Assembly (NCBI GenBank): GCA_020852855.1
Contig: JADZAA010000049.1
Span: 3,449 to 67,448 of the forward strand
Source: Bacteroidota bacterium
Lineage (GTDB): Bacteria; Bacteroidota; Ignavibacteria; Kapaibacteriales; UBA961
Length of the DNA stretch: 64,000 bases
Reading direction: 5' to 3'
Shown: positions 1 to 10,221 of the stretch, piece after piece
Numbering within the stretch: position 1 is the stretch's first letter
Layout: each line of letters starts with the position of its first letter
Position numbers and translations under genes: made by a program
The notes under the pieces: generated by a model
What the model was told of the DNA's origin: nothing
Databases searched by the model: none
Seen by the model: only the letters and a program-made list of their open reading frames with translations

Positions 1-1
1 T

Positions 2-442
2 TTGCCTATTATTACGCCGGGCTGGGAAGATTCCACTATGGGCAATATTTTCGCTTCGTATTGCATAAAGGGCGAATTGCAACCGAGCATAATGAAATCC
101 GGAATAGAATATATGACTTGGCTTGCCAAATGGTATGTTGAAACTGCTGAAACAACGCCTGCCGGCATAGGATTCTTCCAGATAGGCGGCGGAATTGCAG
201 GCGATTTTCCGATTTGCGTCGTACCAATGCTGTATCAGGATATGGAAATGGAAAATGTGCCGTTCTGGGCGTATTTCTGCCAAATTTCCGATTCTACTAC
301 CAGCTACGGCTCGTATTCGGGTGCTGTGCCGAACGAAAAAATAACTTGGGGAAAATTGGGAATTGAAACCCCGAAATTTATCGTAGAATCCGATGCTACA
401 ATAGTTGCGCCGCTGATATTCGCATGGTTGCTGAAACAATAG
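2..442 (+). CDS. Deoxyhypusine synthase-like protein, C-terminal fragment (the 5' end lies beyond the window edge)
   Basis: C-terminal block SYSGAVPNEKITWGKL matches the conserved DHS motif (human DHS: SGARPDEAVSWGKI). The upstream QIGGGIAG glycine loop also fits. The ORF is open to the window start. Confidence 0.6.
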   Translation: MPIITPGWEDSTMGNIFASYCIKGELQPSIMKSGIEYMTWLAKWYVETAETTPAGIGFFQIGGGIAGDFPICVVPMLYQDMEMENVPFWAYFCQISDSTTSYGSYSGAVPNEKITWGKLGIETPKFIVESDATIVAPLIFAWLLKQ

Positions 443-926
443 CGTAAAAACAGAAAGTTACTGCTCATGAAAAAGCGGATTTAAGAGGTAAAATAAAAAA
501 TATTCACTGCGTTTGTGTAGTTCGTAAAAAACCCAAAACACACGATACTGCTAAACTTTGGGCATACACTTTTTCAGAGCCGTATGCTATAACTCCCATT
601 AAGTTTATCAAATCCGCATCGTATAAGCTTATAAATCAGAAGTAAAATGGACGCATTAAATAAATACCAAAGTATTTAATCAAGATGTTTTGGAAGTGCT
701 TCGGCAAATTCCGAATAATAATTTGGATATGGTTTACGGTGATACTGACTATAATAGAGTTGTTGCAACGTCTTAAAATTATTTATTTTAGCAGAGAATC
801 CAATGTCAATCACAATATAATCAATACAATGAAAATCGGTGTTTTCAGGTGTAAAAGGCCGCTTAACGGGCTGTTAAAAAGCAGCTGAAATCTCGAAAAT
901 AAAATCGTAAAGAATACAGAAGATAA

Positions 927-1838
927 ATGAATAACAGAGTCAGAATAATCGGTTTTCCTATGGACTTGGGTGCCGGACGGCGCGGCGTGGATATGGGTCC
1001 GTCGGCATTGCGAATTGCAGGCGTGGGCGAAAAGTTAGAGCAGTTGGGCTATATCGTAACGGACGGCGGCGACGTTCCGATACAAACGCCGGAAGTTTTG
1101 ACTGTGGAAGATGCACGTCTGAAATATCTGCCTGAAATTACCAAGGCGTGTTCGTTGCTTGCCGGAACTGTGCATAGAGTACTGAACGGCGGCGAATTTC
1201 CGCTTATTCTGGGCGGCGACCATTCCATGAGTATAGGTTCAATAGCCGGAATAGCCGCACATTGCCGCGAATACGATAAACGGTTGGGCGTAATCTGGAT
1301 AGACGCTCATTCGGATATAAATACACCCGAAACGTCGCCGTCGGGCAATATACACGGTATGCCTGTAGCGGCATTATTGGGTATCGGTGCCGCAGAATTA
1401 ACCGAGATAGCCGGGTTTTCACCAAAATTAAAGCCCGAAAATATAGCAATGATAGGGCTGCGCTCGGTTGATACGGGGGAAAAAGAGCTTATCCGCCATT
1501 TGCAAATCTCGGCTTATACTATGTTTGATATAGACAAACAAGGTATTTTTCCGATTGTCGAAAAAATCTTGGAATCAATGCGCAGAAACGTAGACCACTT
1601 GCATATAAGTTTCGACGTTGACAGCGTTGACCCAAAGGTTGCGCCGGGCGTTGGCACTCCTATTCCGGGCGGACTGTCGTATCGCGAGGCACATTTAATC
1701 ATGGAACTAATAGCAGAAAGCGGTATTCTGTCGAGCTTTGAAATTGCAGAGGTTAATCCGATACTCGACAAGCACAACGCCAGCGCGGAGTTTGCCGCGG
1801 GCGTTGTTGCATCGTGCATGGGCAAGCGCATACTATAG
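927..1838 (+). CDS. Arginase (ureohydrolase family)
   Basis: Binuclear-Mn motifs GGDHSMSIG and DAHSDINT plus SGNIHGMPVA are typical of arginase rather than agmatinase. Length is 303 aa. Confidence 0.8.
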   Translation: MNNRVRIIGFPMDLGAGRRGVDMGPSALRIAGVGEKLEQLGYIVTDGGDVPIQTPEVLTVEDARLKYLPEITKACSLLAGTVHRVLNGGEFPLILGGDHSMSIGSIAGIAAHCREYDKRLGVIWIDAHSDINTPETSPSGNIHGMPVAALLGIGAAELTEIAGFSPKLKPENIAMIGLRSVDTGEKELIRHLQISAYTMFDIDKQGIFPIVEKILESMRRNVDHLHISFDVDSVDPKVAPGVGTPIPGGLSYREAHLIMELIAESGILSSFEIAEVNPILDKHNASAEFAAGVVASCMGKRIL

Positions 1839-1878
1839 AACGATGTTTTCCGTTTATCGGTAAAAAAACGGGCGAGTA

Positions 1879-2685
1879 ATGAAAATCTCAGTCATATCGC
1901 TGTTTTGTATAGTTGCCGCTATCGGTTATGCAACGGCAAAAGATACATCGGAAAAAAATACGGAAAATACCGGGCATCGTTTTGCGCTTTCTGCGTATAT
2001 CGGTCAAAAATACGGACTTGGTGCGTCGGCATTTTTTGATGATTACGCTACTTATTTCGGCGGACGTAACCTGAGTTTTCCTCTTGTTTCTGCTTTCGGA
2101 TCGGCTGCAAAAATGGAATTGTTGCCTAATATGCGGTTCGGAATAGGCGGCGAACATTTTTCGGTAAATTTTACGGATAATTATTTGCAATCCGTATTTT
2201 TAAATCCAAATGACGTTGCGCCTTATGCAAGCAGGGAAATCTCGCAACAATATTCTTTAACCGTGAGTTCCGTATTGCTGACGGCCGAATATATTCCCGT
2301 CGTTTCGCCATACAGAACATACGCCGGAATTGGAGCCGGTGCAGCGTTCGGCACGGCAAAATGGCTGGAGACTGCGCATAGTACAGATGTTCATGACAAG
2401 CGCGTAGGCGGGCAGTACCTGAACGACAATCTACTGGCTCCCGCAGCCGCACTTTACGCGGGAGTGGAATTGGCGTTTGACCGAACAAAACATAACGGCG
2501 ATTTGATACTTTTGGCAATAGAGGTGCGATATGTCGCCGTAGGTTTTAGCAGACCGATTTTTGAAAAAGCAGCAGAGCAATTTGCCGAACCGCCGCCATA
2601 TTGGAACGAGCCGATGCCGATAGGCGCGAGCGGATTGACGTTGCAAATAGGTCTTGTTTTTCAATTTGTGCCGCGGCGCAAATAA
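1879..2685 (+). CDS. Secreted protein of unknown function, possibly an outer-membrane beta-barrel
   Basis: N-terminal signal peptide (MKISVISLFCIVAAIGYATA). Alternating hydrophobic pattern with Gly/aromatic-rich segments. No recognisable catalytic motif. Confidence 0.4.
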   Translation: MKISVISLFCIVAAIGYATAKDTSEKNTENTGHRFALSAYIGQKYGLGASAFFDDYATYFGGRNLSFPLVSAFGSAAKMELLPNMRFGIGGEHFSVNFTDNYLQSVFLNPNDVAPYASREISQQYSLTVSSVLLTAEYIPVVSPYRTYAGIGAGAAFGTAKWLETAHSTDVHDKRVGGQYLNDNLLAPAAALYAGVELAFDRTKHNGDLILLAIEVRYVAVGFSRPIFEKAAEQFAEPPPYWNEPMPIGASGLTLQIGLVFQFVPRRK

Positions 2686-2741
2686 AATATTCCGCGAGAA
2701 AATAAAGAAGTGTTTTGTAACACATTATTCAAGAGGTTGTT

Positions 2742-3029
2742 ATGGAAATTAACGTTACCGGTCGCCGCTTCAAGGTGTGGCCGGAATTACGCGATGTAGC
2801 TGTGGAAACAGCACAAAAATTCGGTAAATTGAACGACAATATTACACAGGTGGACGTAGTCCTTTCGGAGGAACACGGTAAGACTGTGGAATTTACCGTG
2901 TATGTGAACAATCGCTCTTACAATGCCGGCGACACAGCCGAGAACTTTGACCGTTGCATACACACAGCCGCCGAAAAAATCACTGCACAACTTCGCAAAT
3001 TGAAAGAAAAACAAACCGAGCATCGTTGA
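2742..3029 (+). CDS. hpf: Ribosome hibernation promoting factor (HPF/RaiA, short form)
   Basis: 95 aa starting MEINVTGRRFKV...LRDVAVETAQKFGKL, the classic sigma-54-modulation/YfiA fold signature. A GGAGG-like SD (agagg) lies upstream. Confidence 0.8.
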   Translation: MEINVTGRRFKVWPELRDVAVETAQKFGKLNDNITQVDVVLSEEHGKTVEFTVYVNNRSYNAGDTAENFDRCIHTAAEKITAQLRKLKEKQTEHR

Positions 3030-3055
3030 CAGCTCTTGACGATGCCGCGTAATAT

Positions 3056-3096
3056 GCCGCCACGCTTCCAAAAGAGGGGCGTGGCGGATTTTTTCC
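3056..3096 (+). terminator. Rho-independent terminator after hpf
   Basis: GCCGCCACGC-loop-GCGTGGCGG stem followed by ATTTTTTCC. Confidence 0.5.
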
Positions 3097-3118
3097 AATA
3101 CTTTACTTCCGATTTTAT

Positions 3119-4135
3119 ATGTCGCTGTATAGCCATACGAAAATTGTAACTAAGGATAAAATTTCGGTGGAGGCACTGCTGAGTGCCCCGGTCTATCTGA
3201 AAAAAATAAACGGAGAAACAGGGCTGAATAATAATATTTCCGATAAAAATCTGCATCGTCCGCAACTTGCTCTTGCCGGATTTACGGAACTTTTTACGTA
3301 TCATCGCGTTCAGATATTCGGGAATACGGAAATCTATTATCTGAAATCTCTGACGAGAGAACAATGTTTGACGGCATTACGAAGAGTAGCAGGCTTTCCT
3401 ATTCCGGCAATTATCCTGACTAACCGGCACGAGATGGACGGAGAATTGCTGTCTGTTTTGAATGATAGCAACATTGCGGTATTTGCCGCCGAGGCCGAAA
3501 CCACAAAAACCATAACTTTACTTTCGGAATTTCTTGACGACCAATTCGCCGAACAGATGCAGATACACGGCTCGTTTGTCGACGTGTATGGCGTTGGTGT
3601 ACTGCTTACGGGGCGTAGCGGTATAGGCAAAAGCGAAATTGCACTTGACCTCATAGAACGCGGCCATCGGCTTGTGGCTGACGATGTTGTGATATTCACA
3701 AAAAAACGTGATAATATTCTGATGGGAACCGGACAGAAAATGTCTAAGCATTTTATGGAAATCAGGGGACTGGGAATTATTAATGTGCAGCGTATGTTCG
3801 GCGTTCGCGCAATTCGTTTCCAGAAGCGATTGGAAATTATCGTAGAGCTCGAAGTGTGGGATAAAGAAGCCGAATATACACGGACAGGCTTAGATGAAAA
3901 ACCGATGGAGTTGATGGGAGTAAATGTAGCAAATGTAAAATTACCTATTTTCCCGGGGAAGAACGTTACGGTTATAACCGAAGTTATCGCGTTGAATTAT
4001 TTGCTTAAAACTTATGGATATAGTGCGGCGGACGATTTAACGAATATTATTCATCGGGAAATCGCACTCAAAAGGCATAGTAAGTCTGCAGGCGATCCGC
4101 GCTTGATAAATTATTTTCAGAGCGACGACGAATAG
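3119..4135 (+). CDS. hprK: HPr kinase/phosphorylase
   Basis: P-loop GVLLTGRSGIGKSEIALDLI and downstream LVADDVV. The MEIRGLGIINV capping motif is typical of HprK/P. Confidence 0.85.
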   Translation: MSLYSHTKIVTKDKISVEALLSAPVYLKKINGETGLNNNISDKNLHRPQLALAGFTELFTYHRVQIFGNTEIYYLKSLTREQCLTALRRVAGFPIPAIILTNRHEMDGELLSVLNDSNIAVFAAEAETTKTITLLSEFLDDQFAEQMQIHGSFVDVYGVGVLLTGRSGIGKSEIALDLIERGHRLVADDVVIFTKKRDNILMGTGQKMSKHFMEIRGLGIINVQRMFGVRAIRFQKRLEIIVELEVWDKEAEYTRTGLDEKPMELMGVNVANVKLPIFPGKNVTVITEVIALNYLLKTYGYSAADDLTNIIHREIALKRHSKSAGDPRLINYFQSDDE

Positions 4136-4212
4136 CCGAGATATTCAGACGCTCACGGTGGAATCCAATCCTTTTTTTCTGATTTTCAGTCTGTATTTCT
4201 TCCATTTTTCTT

Positions 4213-5151
4213 GTGAATAAATCTATGAATATTTGCGTAACCGGCGGTGCCGGATTTATCGGCTCGCATATAGTTGATGCTTATATCAATCAAGGATATA
4301 CGGTGTGCATAATTGATAATTTGTCAGGCGGAACACGCGGGAATATCAATGAAAAGGCCAAGTTTTACGAATGTGATATAACTTCTCCCGAAATAGAAAA
4401 AATTTTCGAGCACGAACGATTCGATATTCTTAATCATCATGCGGCGCAAATTGATGTACGAATTTCGGTACGCAACCCCAAATTCGATGCCGTAACTAAT
4501 ATTATCGGCGGGCTTAATCTCTATGAGTTTGCACGACGTTTCGGCGTGAAAAAAATAATATTTGCATCGAGCGGCGGCACGGTCTACGGCGAGCAGACGG
4601 AATTTCCGGCAACTGAAAACCACACTACAAATCCTATCTCGCCTTACGGCGTTTCCAAATTATCGAACGAACATTACTTGTCGTATTACAAAAACGAATA
4701 CGGCATTGATTATGCGGCTCTGCGCTATGGCAATGTGTTCGGGCCAAGACAAAATCCCCACGGCGAGGCCGGGGTTGTAGCCATTTTTGCAAAGAAATTA
4801 TTGGAAAATACGCAACCGGTTATCAATGGCGACGGACAGAACACCCGCGACTATGTTTATGTGGCCGATGTGGCGGCTGCAAATTTAGCCGCTATTTCCG
4901 AAGAAGTATCCGGCGCGTACAATGTGGGAACGGGGCGCGAGCGAACAGTAACGGAAATTTTTGATATACTGAACAATTTAACCGGCGGGCATTTTGGGCG
5001 GGTGCATGGCGATGCAAAGTCCGGCGAACAGCGTCGTAGCGTCATTTCCGCAGCTAAGCTCGGCGCGGCTTGCGGTTGGCAGCCGGAAACGTCGTTTGAA
5101 GTCGGACTTGAACGAACCGTAGAGTTCTTCCGCAATATTCGCCGTTCATAA
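4213..5151 (+). CDS. NAD-dependent epimerase/dehydratase (UDP-sugar 4-epimerase family)
   Basis: N-terminal Rossmann motif VTGGAGFIGSH. SDR-extended catalytic YGVSK. Confidence 0.8.
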   Translation: MNKSMNICVTGGAGFIGSHIVDAYINQGYTVCIIDNLSGGTRGNINEKAKFYECDITSPEIEKIFEHERFDILNHHAAQIDVRISVRNPKFDAVTNIIGGLNLYEFARRFGVKKIIFASSGGTVYGEQTEFPATENHTTNPISPYGVSKLSNEHYLSYYKNEYGIDYAALRYGNVFGPRQNPHGEAGVVAIFAKKLLENTQPVINGDGQNTRDYVYVADVAAANLAAISEEVSGAYNVGTGRERTVTEIFDILNNLTGGHFGRVHGDAKSGEQRRSVISAAKLGAACGWQPETSFEVGLERTVEFFRNIRRS

Positions 5152-5154
5152 TGT

Positions 5155-6444
5155 ATGAAACGCCGCCGCAATTTGCTTGGCACGTCGCACCCAAGCAATA
5201 GAAAAGCCGGAAAATTACACTATACTGCGCTATGGTTGCGCTCGCCATCTAAATGGAAAATCAAGGCTCTCCTTGCTTTTTTTGCATTCAGTATGGTAGC
5301 ATCTGTGTTGCTTTATACGCAGTCGTTGGTTAATGAATTGGTGCGTCGAGAAATTATTGCCGTAGAGTTCTACGCAAGTATTTTCGAACATAATTTTGCC
5401 TCGGCGGATAATAATCCGGACCTCTTGTTTCTGCTTGACCGCGTTGCGCCTACCATTACTTTCCCGATGATTTTTGCAGATGTGTCGGGCGAACCTAATT
5501 GGCCGTATCTGGATTTTTCAAAGAATATTGACGTTGATACTACGCAGACAAAAGATCAACAGCGTGAATATATGTTGCATCGTGTTGCGGAAATGGCGGC
5601 GGTTTATCATCCGATTGATATAAAAGACGAATCGGGTGCGATTATTACCCGTATTTACTATACGAATTCATCGCTAATCGGGCGTATTCGCTTATTGCCT
5701 TATGTGGAAATTGTGATTGTTTCGGCTTTCATTCTGCTTAGTTATGTGGCATTTAGTTACGTGCGGCGCAGCGAGGAGTCCAATGTTTGGGTAGGTATGG
5801 CAAAAGAGGCGGCGCATCAGCTTGGGACACCGCTGTCAAGTTTGCTGGCTTGGGTGGAAATTTTGCGATTAAACGTGAATAATCCGGAGCAAATAGAGGA
5901 AACTACAACCGAAATAGAGCAGGATATTGCACGATTGAATATTATTGCTACAAGATTCTCGAAAATAGGGTCAGAGCCTGAAATGAAGTCGGAGAATCTT
6001 GGCGATGTGATTGAAAATGTATGTATTTATTTTGAAAAACGTGTTCCGCATCTCGGCAAACAAATTATTGTGGAACGTAATCTCGATTTTACGATAGATG
6101 CACGCATCAACGGAGAACTATTCGGTTGGGTGGTGGAAAATCTTTTGAAAAATGCCGTGGAAGCCATCGATTCATCAAATGGACGGATTACCATAACTTT
6201 GGGAATTGTCAAAGGAAAACTGACTGTTACGGTATCCGATAACGGAAAAGGTATGAGCGTGCAAACACGGCGGCAAATATTTCTGCCCGGTTATACCACA
6301 AAAAAACGCGGTTGGGGATTGGGGCTATCGCTTTCAAAGCGTATAATAGAGGCTTATCATCGCGGAAAAATAGCCGTTCGGGATTCCGCGCCCGGCAAAG
6401 GAACTACGTTTATTATTGAGCTCCCCGAATATTCCGTCCGATAG
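5155..6444 (+). CDS. Membrane-bound sensor histidine kinase
   Basis: Two transmembrane segments flank a periplasmic domain. H-box AHQLGTPLSSL, N-box LLKNAVEA, and G-boxes DNGKGM / GWGLGLS. Confidence 0.8.
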   Translation: MKRRRNLLGTSHPSNRKAGKLHYTALWLRSPSKWKIKALLAFFAFSMVASVLLYTQSLVNELVRREIIAVEFYASIFEHNFASADNNPDLLFLLDRVAPTITFPMIFADVSGEPNWPYLDFSKNIDVDTTQTKDQQREYMLHRVAEMAAVYHPIDIKDESGAIITRIYYTNSSLIGRIRLLPYVEIVIVSAFILLSYVAFSYVRRSEESNVWVGMAKEAAHQLGTPLSSLLAWVEILRLNVNNPEQIEETTTEIEQDIARLNIIATRFSKIGSEPEMKSENLGDVIENVCIYFEKRVPHLGKQIIVERNLDFTIDARINGELFGWVVENLLKNAVEAIDSSNGRITITLGIVKGKLTVTVSDNGKGMSVQTRRQIFLPGYTTKKRGWGLGLSLSKRIIEAYHRGKIAVRDSAPGKGTTFIIELPEYSVR

Positions 6445-6495
6445 GATTTATACACTTAACCTGACAAATATTTTTATATATTTGTTGCCGAAATT

Positions 6496-6518
6496 CAAAT
6501 TGTACCGCAAACAATTTG
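6496..6518. promoter_or_regulatory. Palindrome CAAATTGT-N7-ACAATTTG upstream of the M4 protease gene
   Basis: Perfect 8-bp inverted repeat read from the sequence, about 230 bp upstream of the 6745 start. Confidence 0.25.
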
Positions 6519-6744
6519 AAGCATCCGATTGGCAAAGTCCTGATCCTCCGTATTATTTGGTAGAAGTAATTTGTAAAAACCGTCGAGGTTGCAAGTTCGT
6601 TAATTACCCGGCTATGATTTACGGCAATTGCACATGGGCAACAAAAGCGAAAAAACGCGAATTTATTCCGCAAAAATCAAGACTTGCAAATAAAAAAGAC
6701 CTACAAAAATAGTCCTGTTTTTTTCATGATTTTCAGGTGAGGCA

Positions 6745-9700
6745 ATGTTTCCAATCGGCAAAGTCACAATGACCGCATTGATTGCAACGGTGCTTTTTAC
6801 AATTACCGCCGCAAACTCCAATGCACAAATGCAATCGGTGTTTGAACAATTAAACAAGCCGCGTGCTGCACGAACAACACCGAGTATTTTCAAAGAAAAG
6901 CCGGTCATAAAATTAAATGGCGGCAGCGGGCAGGCTAGTATCAAGGGATTGTTCTACGCGGAACTGTCAGAAGATAAGCGCACAGCACTGCTCACCCTTG
7001 CAAAACGAAGCCAAGACTTGGTTGTACGCTATGACAACAGCAAATCGCAAACACCGACATTTATTGAAGCAAAGTCCATAGGTGTAAGACGTTACGATAT
7101 TCAGAATGATGACATGGCATTAGCGGCCGCACGAAGCGTAATGGCCGATATTTCTCCGGTATTGGGGTTAAATTCCAATATTGCAACATTTACGGCCAAA
7201 AGCGTAGAGCGCGATAATATCGGAAAAATTCATGTCAGACTTCTGCAAACATTTAATGAAATTCCGATTTTCGGTGCGGAAAGCATTGCGCATTTCTCGG
7301 CAGGCGGCGTACCGGAAGCATGGAACGGCCGTGTAATTCCTATTACAGATTTGGCAACCAAGCCTGCGCTTAATGCCGACGAGGTTGCAAGTGCGGTTTA
7401 TGCGGATGCTAAAGTGCAATACGGCGGTAATTTATCTTCACTCCAAGAAGTTGTGGCGTTAGGCTACGACGACGTATATCCCGAATTGATAATTTTTACG
7501 GGAATATCGCAAATATCTGCGCCCGTTCTTGCTTGGCGAGTTACCGTGCGCCCTACTGCATTGCGCCGCTGTGAATACTTTATCAATGCAATTACAGGCG
7601 AAATAATTAAATCGTTCGATAATACTTGTAATTCCGGCCCGGCCGTAGGAAACGGCAAGGATTTGCATGGTCAAAGCAAAGAATTTCCGACTTATGATTT
7701 AAACGGCACATTTTACATGATAGATGCCTCGCGCCCGATGTTCAACGCCGCACAATCAAAAATACCGTCCGAACCTATAGGTGCCATTATTACGCTGGAC
7801 GCACGGAAGCAGCCGCTAAAAAGCATATTTTACATTACATCGCCGAACAACTCTTTTAGTGAGCCGGCGGCAGTTTCGGCTCATTTTAACGGCGGAATTA
7901 CTTACGAGTATTACCGCAACACACATAATCGAAATTCAATTGACGGCAAAGGCGGCACTATAACGTCTATAATTCACGTTGCCGACGACGACGGTACGCC
8001 GATGGACAACGCCTATTGGAACGGAAAGTTTATGGCTTACGGCGACGGAAACAAGAGCTTTTCCAATCTTGCCGGCGGGCTTGATGTAGCCGCTCATGAA
8101 ATGACGCACGGCATAACCGAGCATAGTGCAGGCTTGGTTTATCTAAGTCAAAGCGGCGCATTAAACGAGTCTATGTCCGATGTTTTCGGTTGTATGGTAG
8201 ACCGCAAAGATTTTACAATGGGCGAAGAAATAGTAAATCCTGCCGTGTTTCCGTCAGGAGCGATGCGCGACTTGAGCAATCCGCATAATGGCGGCTCTCA
8301 ATACGGCGACCGCGGTTGGCAACCGGCCAAAATGAGCGAATACGTTACGTTGCCGGAAACAAAAGAAGGGGATAACGGCGGTGTCCACATTAATAGCGGC
8401 ATACCCAATCATGCGGCGTTTCTTATATCGCAAAGTATAGGGCGCGAGCAAACCGAAAAAATTTATTATCATGCTTTAACTAATTACCTGACAAGTACTT
8501 CACAGTTTATTGATTTGCGCTTGGCCGTAGTTCGTGCCGCAAAAGAACTGTTGGGCGAATCGGCTGAATCGGTTGCAAAGACAGCATTCGATAAAGTGGA
8601 GATATTCGATGGAAACGGCTCGCCCGATTCACCGGACGAAAAGCCTGTGAACGGTCCGCACTTTCTATTGGTGCATCGGGTAGGCTTGCCATTTACGCTG
8701 GCTATTGTCAATCCTGTGGCAAACGCCTCCGGCAACGATATTCACCATATTTCTCGCACGATTTGTAATAATGCGCCTTCTATTTCCGACGACGGCTCTT
8801 TTGCTGTATTTGTGGCTGCCGATAAAACCTTACACGGAATTACGCTTGACCCGAACAATCCCGTAGAAACTATTATCAGTTCAAATGCTGTATGGAACAG
8901 TGTTGCTCTTTCTCGCGACGGCAAACGTTTGGCCGCCACACCGGCCGAGCAGGACGGTACAATCACTATATTTAATCTTGAAAACAGCACGCTACAAGAT
9001 TTTCAGCTTTACTCGCCTACTTTTACAAATGGGCAAAATGTCGGTTTAGTTTTGGGTGCCAATTCGTTGCAATGGGATGCGAGCGGACAGTATGTTCTTT
9101 TCGATGCTTTAAATGCATTGTTTACAGATGCAGGCGAGCAAGATTATGCAGACGTAGGTCTACTGCGTGCATGGGATAAATCCGTAAATACTTTTTCCGA
9201 CGGATTGATTCGCCGCGTTTTGCCGCCGCTCGGCAATGGCGAAAACATTGGCAATCCGACATTTGCCAAGACGAATCAGTCAATAGTTGCTTTCGACTAT
9301 CTTAATACGCTTACAAATAAGTCGGCGGTTATGGCGGCTAATATCTCAAAAATGATGTTTGGTGCAATTGTCGAAAACCCTAGTACAATAGGAAGACCAA
9401 GCTATTCGCCCGACGATAAGCGTATGGCTTACGGAGCAAACGAAAATGGCCTTAATGTAATAAAAATCATACCTTTGGCGGCTGACCGTATCAGTGCGTC
9501 AGGTCTGCCGTTTACTGTAATATCTTCTGCTGTTGCTCCCGTTTATTACGCCGTAGGGCAACGCCCAAGCGATGTTGAAGAAACGGTTGTAAATAGCCAA
9601 AAAATAGAAACATGGCCAAATCCGGCAAGTAATCGCCTTACCATTTCGTTCGATTCGCCGTCGAACGATAATTATACGATAATTGTATACGACATTTTCG

Positions 9701-9852
9701 GGCGAGAAATGCTGACCGTTGAGCAATATGCAAACGGTATGGAACGACAAACCTTAGACTTATACGTGGCATCATTACCCGACGGTGTCTACTCGTTACG
9801 TATAAACCCGGGCGATAAAGATATTCGCGGGCAATTTGTAATTGCAAGATAA
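6745..9852 (+). CDS. Secreted thermolysin-like (M4) zinc metallopeptidase with a beta-propeller region and T9SS C-terminal sorting domain
   Basis: VAAHEMTHGITEHSAGLVYLSQSGALNESMSDVFG matches the M4 HExxH...NExxSD signature. TolB-like repeats (SRDGKRLAAT, SPDDKRMAYG). The last ~80 aa fit a Por_Secre_tail CTD. Signal peptide present. Confidence 0.8.
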   Translation: MFPIGKVTMTALIATVLFTITAANSNAQMQSVFEQLNKPRAARTTPSIFKEKPVIKLNGGSGQASIKGLFYAELSEDKRTALLTLAKRSQDLVVRYDNSKSQTPTFIEAKSIGVRRYDIQNDDMALAAARSVMADISPVLGLNSNIATFTAKSVERDNIGKIHVRLLQTFNEIPIFGAESIAHFSAGGVPEAWNGRVIPITDLATKPALNADEVASAVYADAKVQYGGNLSSLQEVVALGYDDVYPELIIFTGISQISAPVLAWRVTVRPTALRRCEYFINAITGEIIKSFDNTCNSGPAVGNGKDLHGQSKEFPTYDLNGTFYMIDASRPMFNAAQSKIPSEPIGAIITLDARKQPLKSIFYITSPNNSFSEPAAVSAHFNGGITYEYYRNTHNRNSIDGKGGTITSIIHVADDDGTPMDNAYWNGKFMAYGDGNKSFSNLAGGLDVAAHEMTHGITEHSAGLVYLSQSGALNESMSDVFGCMVDRKDFTMGEEIVNPAVFPSGAMRDLSNPHNGGSQYGDRGWQPAKMSEYVTLPETKEGDNGGVHINSGIPNHAAFLISQSIGREQTEKIYYHALTNYLTSTSQFIDLRLAVVRAAKELLGESAESVAKTAFDKVEIFDGNGSPDSPDEKPVNGPHFLLVHRVGLPFTLAIVNPVANASGNDIHHISRTICNNAPSISDDGSFAVFVAADKTLHGITLDPNNPVETIISSNAVWNSVALSRDGKRLAATPAEQDGTITIFNLENSTLQDFQLYSPTFTNGQNVGLVLGANSLQWDASGQYVLFDALNALFTDAGEQDYADVGLLRAWDKSVNTFSDGLIRRVLPPLGNGENIGNPTFAKTNQSIVAFDYLNTLTNKSAVMAANISKMMFGAIVENPSTIGRPSYSPDDKRMAYGANENGLNVIKIIPLAADRISASGLPFTVISSAVAPVYYAVGQRPSDVEETVVNSQKIETWPNPASNRLTISFDSPSNDNYTIIVYDIFGREMLTVEQYANGMERQTLDLYVASLPDGVYSLRINPGDKDIRGQFVIAR

Positions 9853-9863
9853 TTTTTACAGCA

Positions 9864-9903
9864 AAAAGCGGTCATATTCCGAAGAATGCGGCCGCTTTTT
9901 TTA
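9864..9903 (+). terminator. Putative rho-independent terminator after the M4 protease
   Basis: AAAAGCGG...CCGCTTTTTTTATT hairpin plus T-run right after the stop codon. Confidence 0.4.
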
Positions 9904-10221
9904 TTAGGTATTCCGGTTGTTACGAATTAAGTTCCGCACTCTGTGCCTTATCCCATAATCGCATAACACACAAACATTAGCCTAAATTATGCAAATAATA
10001 TTATGGTTCGGACCCAACAGTCAAGAGCAACGGTCTTAGTATTTTTGTACACGATAAGATATTATGGCAAAACGACACGGTAATGTTTCAGGGAAGCAAG
10101 TACCGAACTCAATTGCCGCGCATAAATGTTGATGATATTTTTATAATTTCCCCCGATTATCAATAAAAAAGCGAAACGCTTAACGAAAGCGCCCCGCTTT
10201 TTTACTATATAATTCAATGCA

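Noticed and set aside
685-888. 67-aa ORF in the long spacer between the DHS-like gene and the arginase gene
   Set aside because: AT-rich, Ile/Phe/Lys-biased low-complexity translation with no SD and no motif. Looks like a chance ORF in AT-rich DNA.
1035-1831. Multiple 60-120-aa ORFs on the opposite strand inside arginase. The same pattern occurs inside nosZ (20820-22109 plus strand), the SprB-repeat gene (47312-49726 plus strand) and many other loci.
   Set aside because: They are fully embedded in strong, motif-bearing genes on the other strand and translate to Arg/Cys-rich low-complexity peptides, which is typical antisense noise.
6580-6660. Possible sigma-54 promoter (GG-N10-GC) near ggcaattgcacatgggcaac
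   Set aside because: The spacing and bases do not fit TGGCAC-N5-TTGCW. I could not confirm any sigma-54 promoter in the window.
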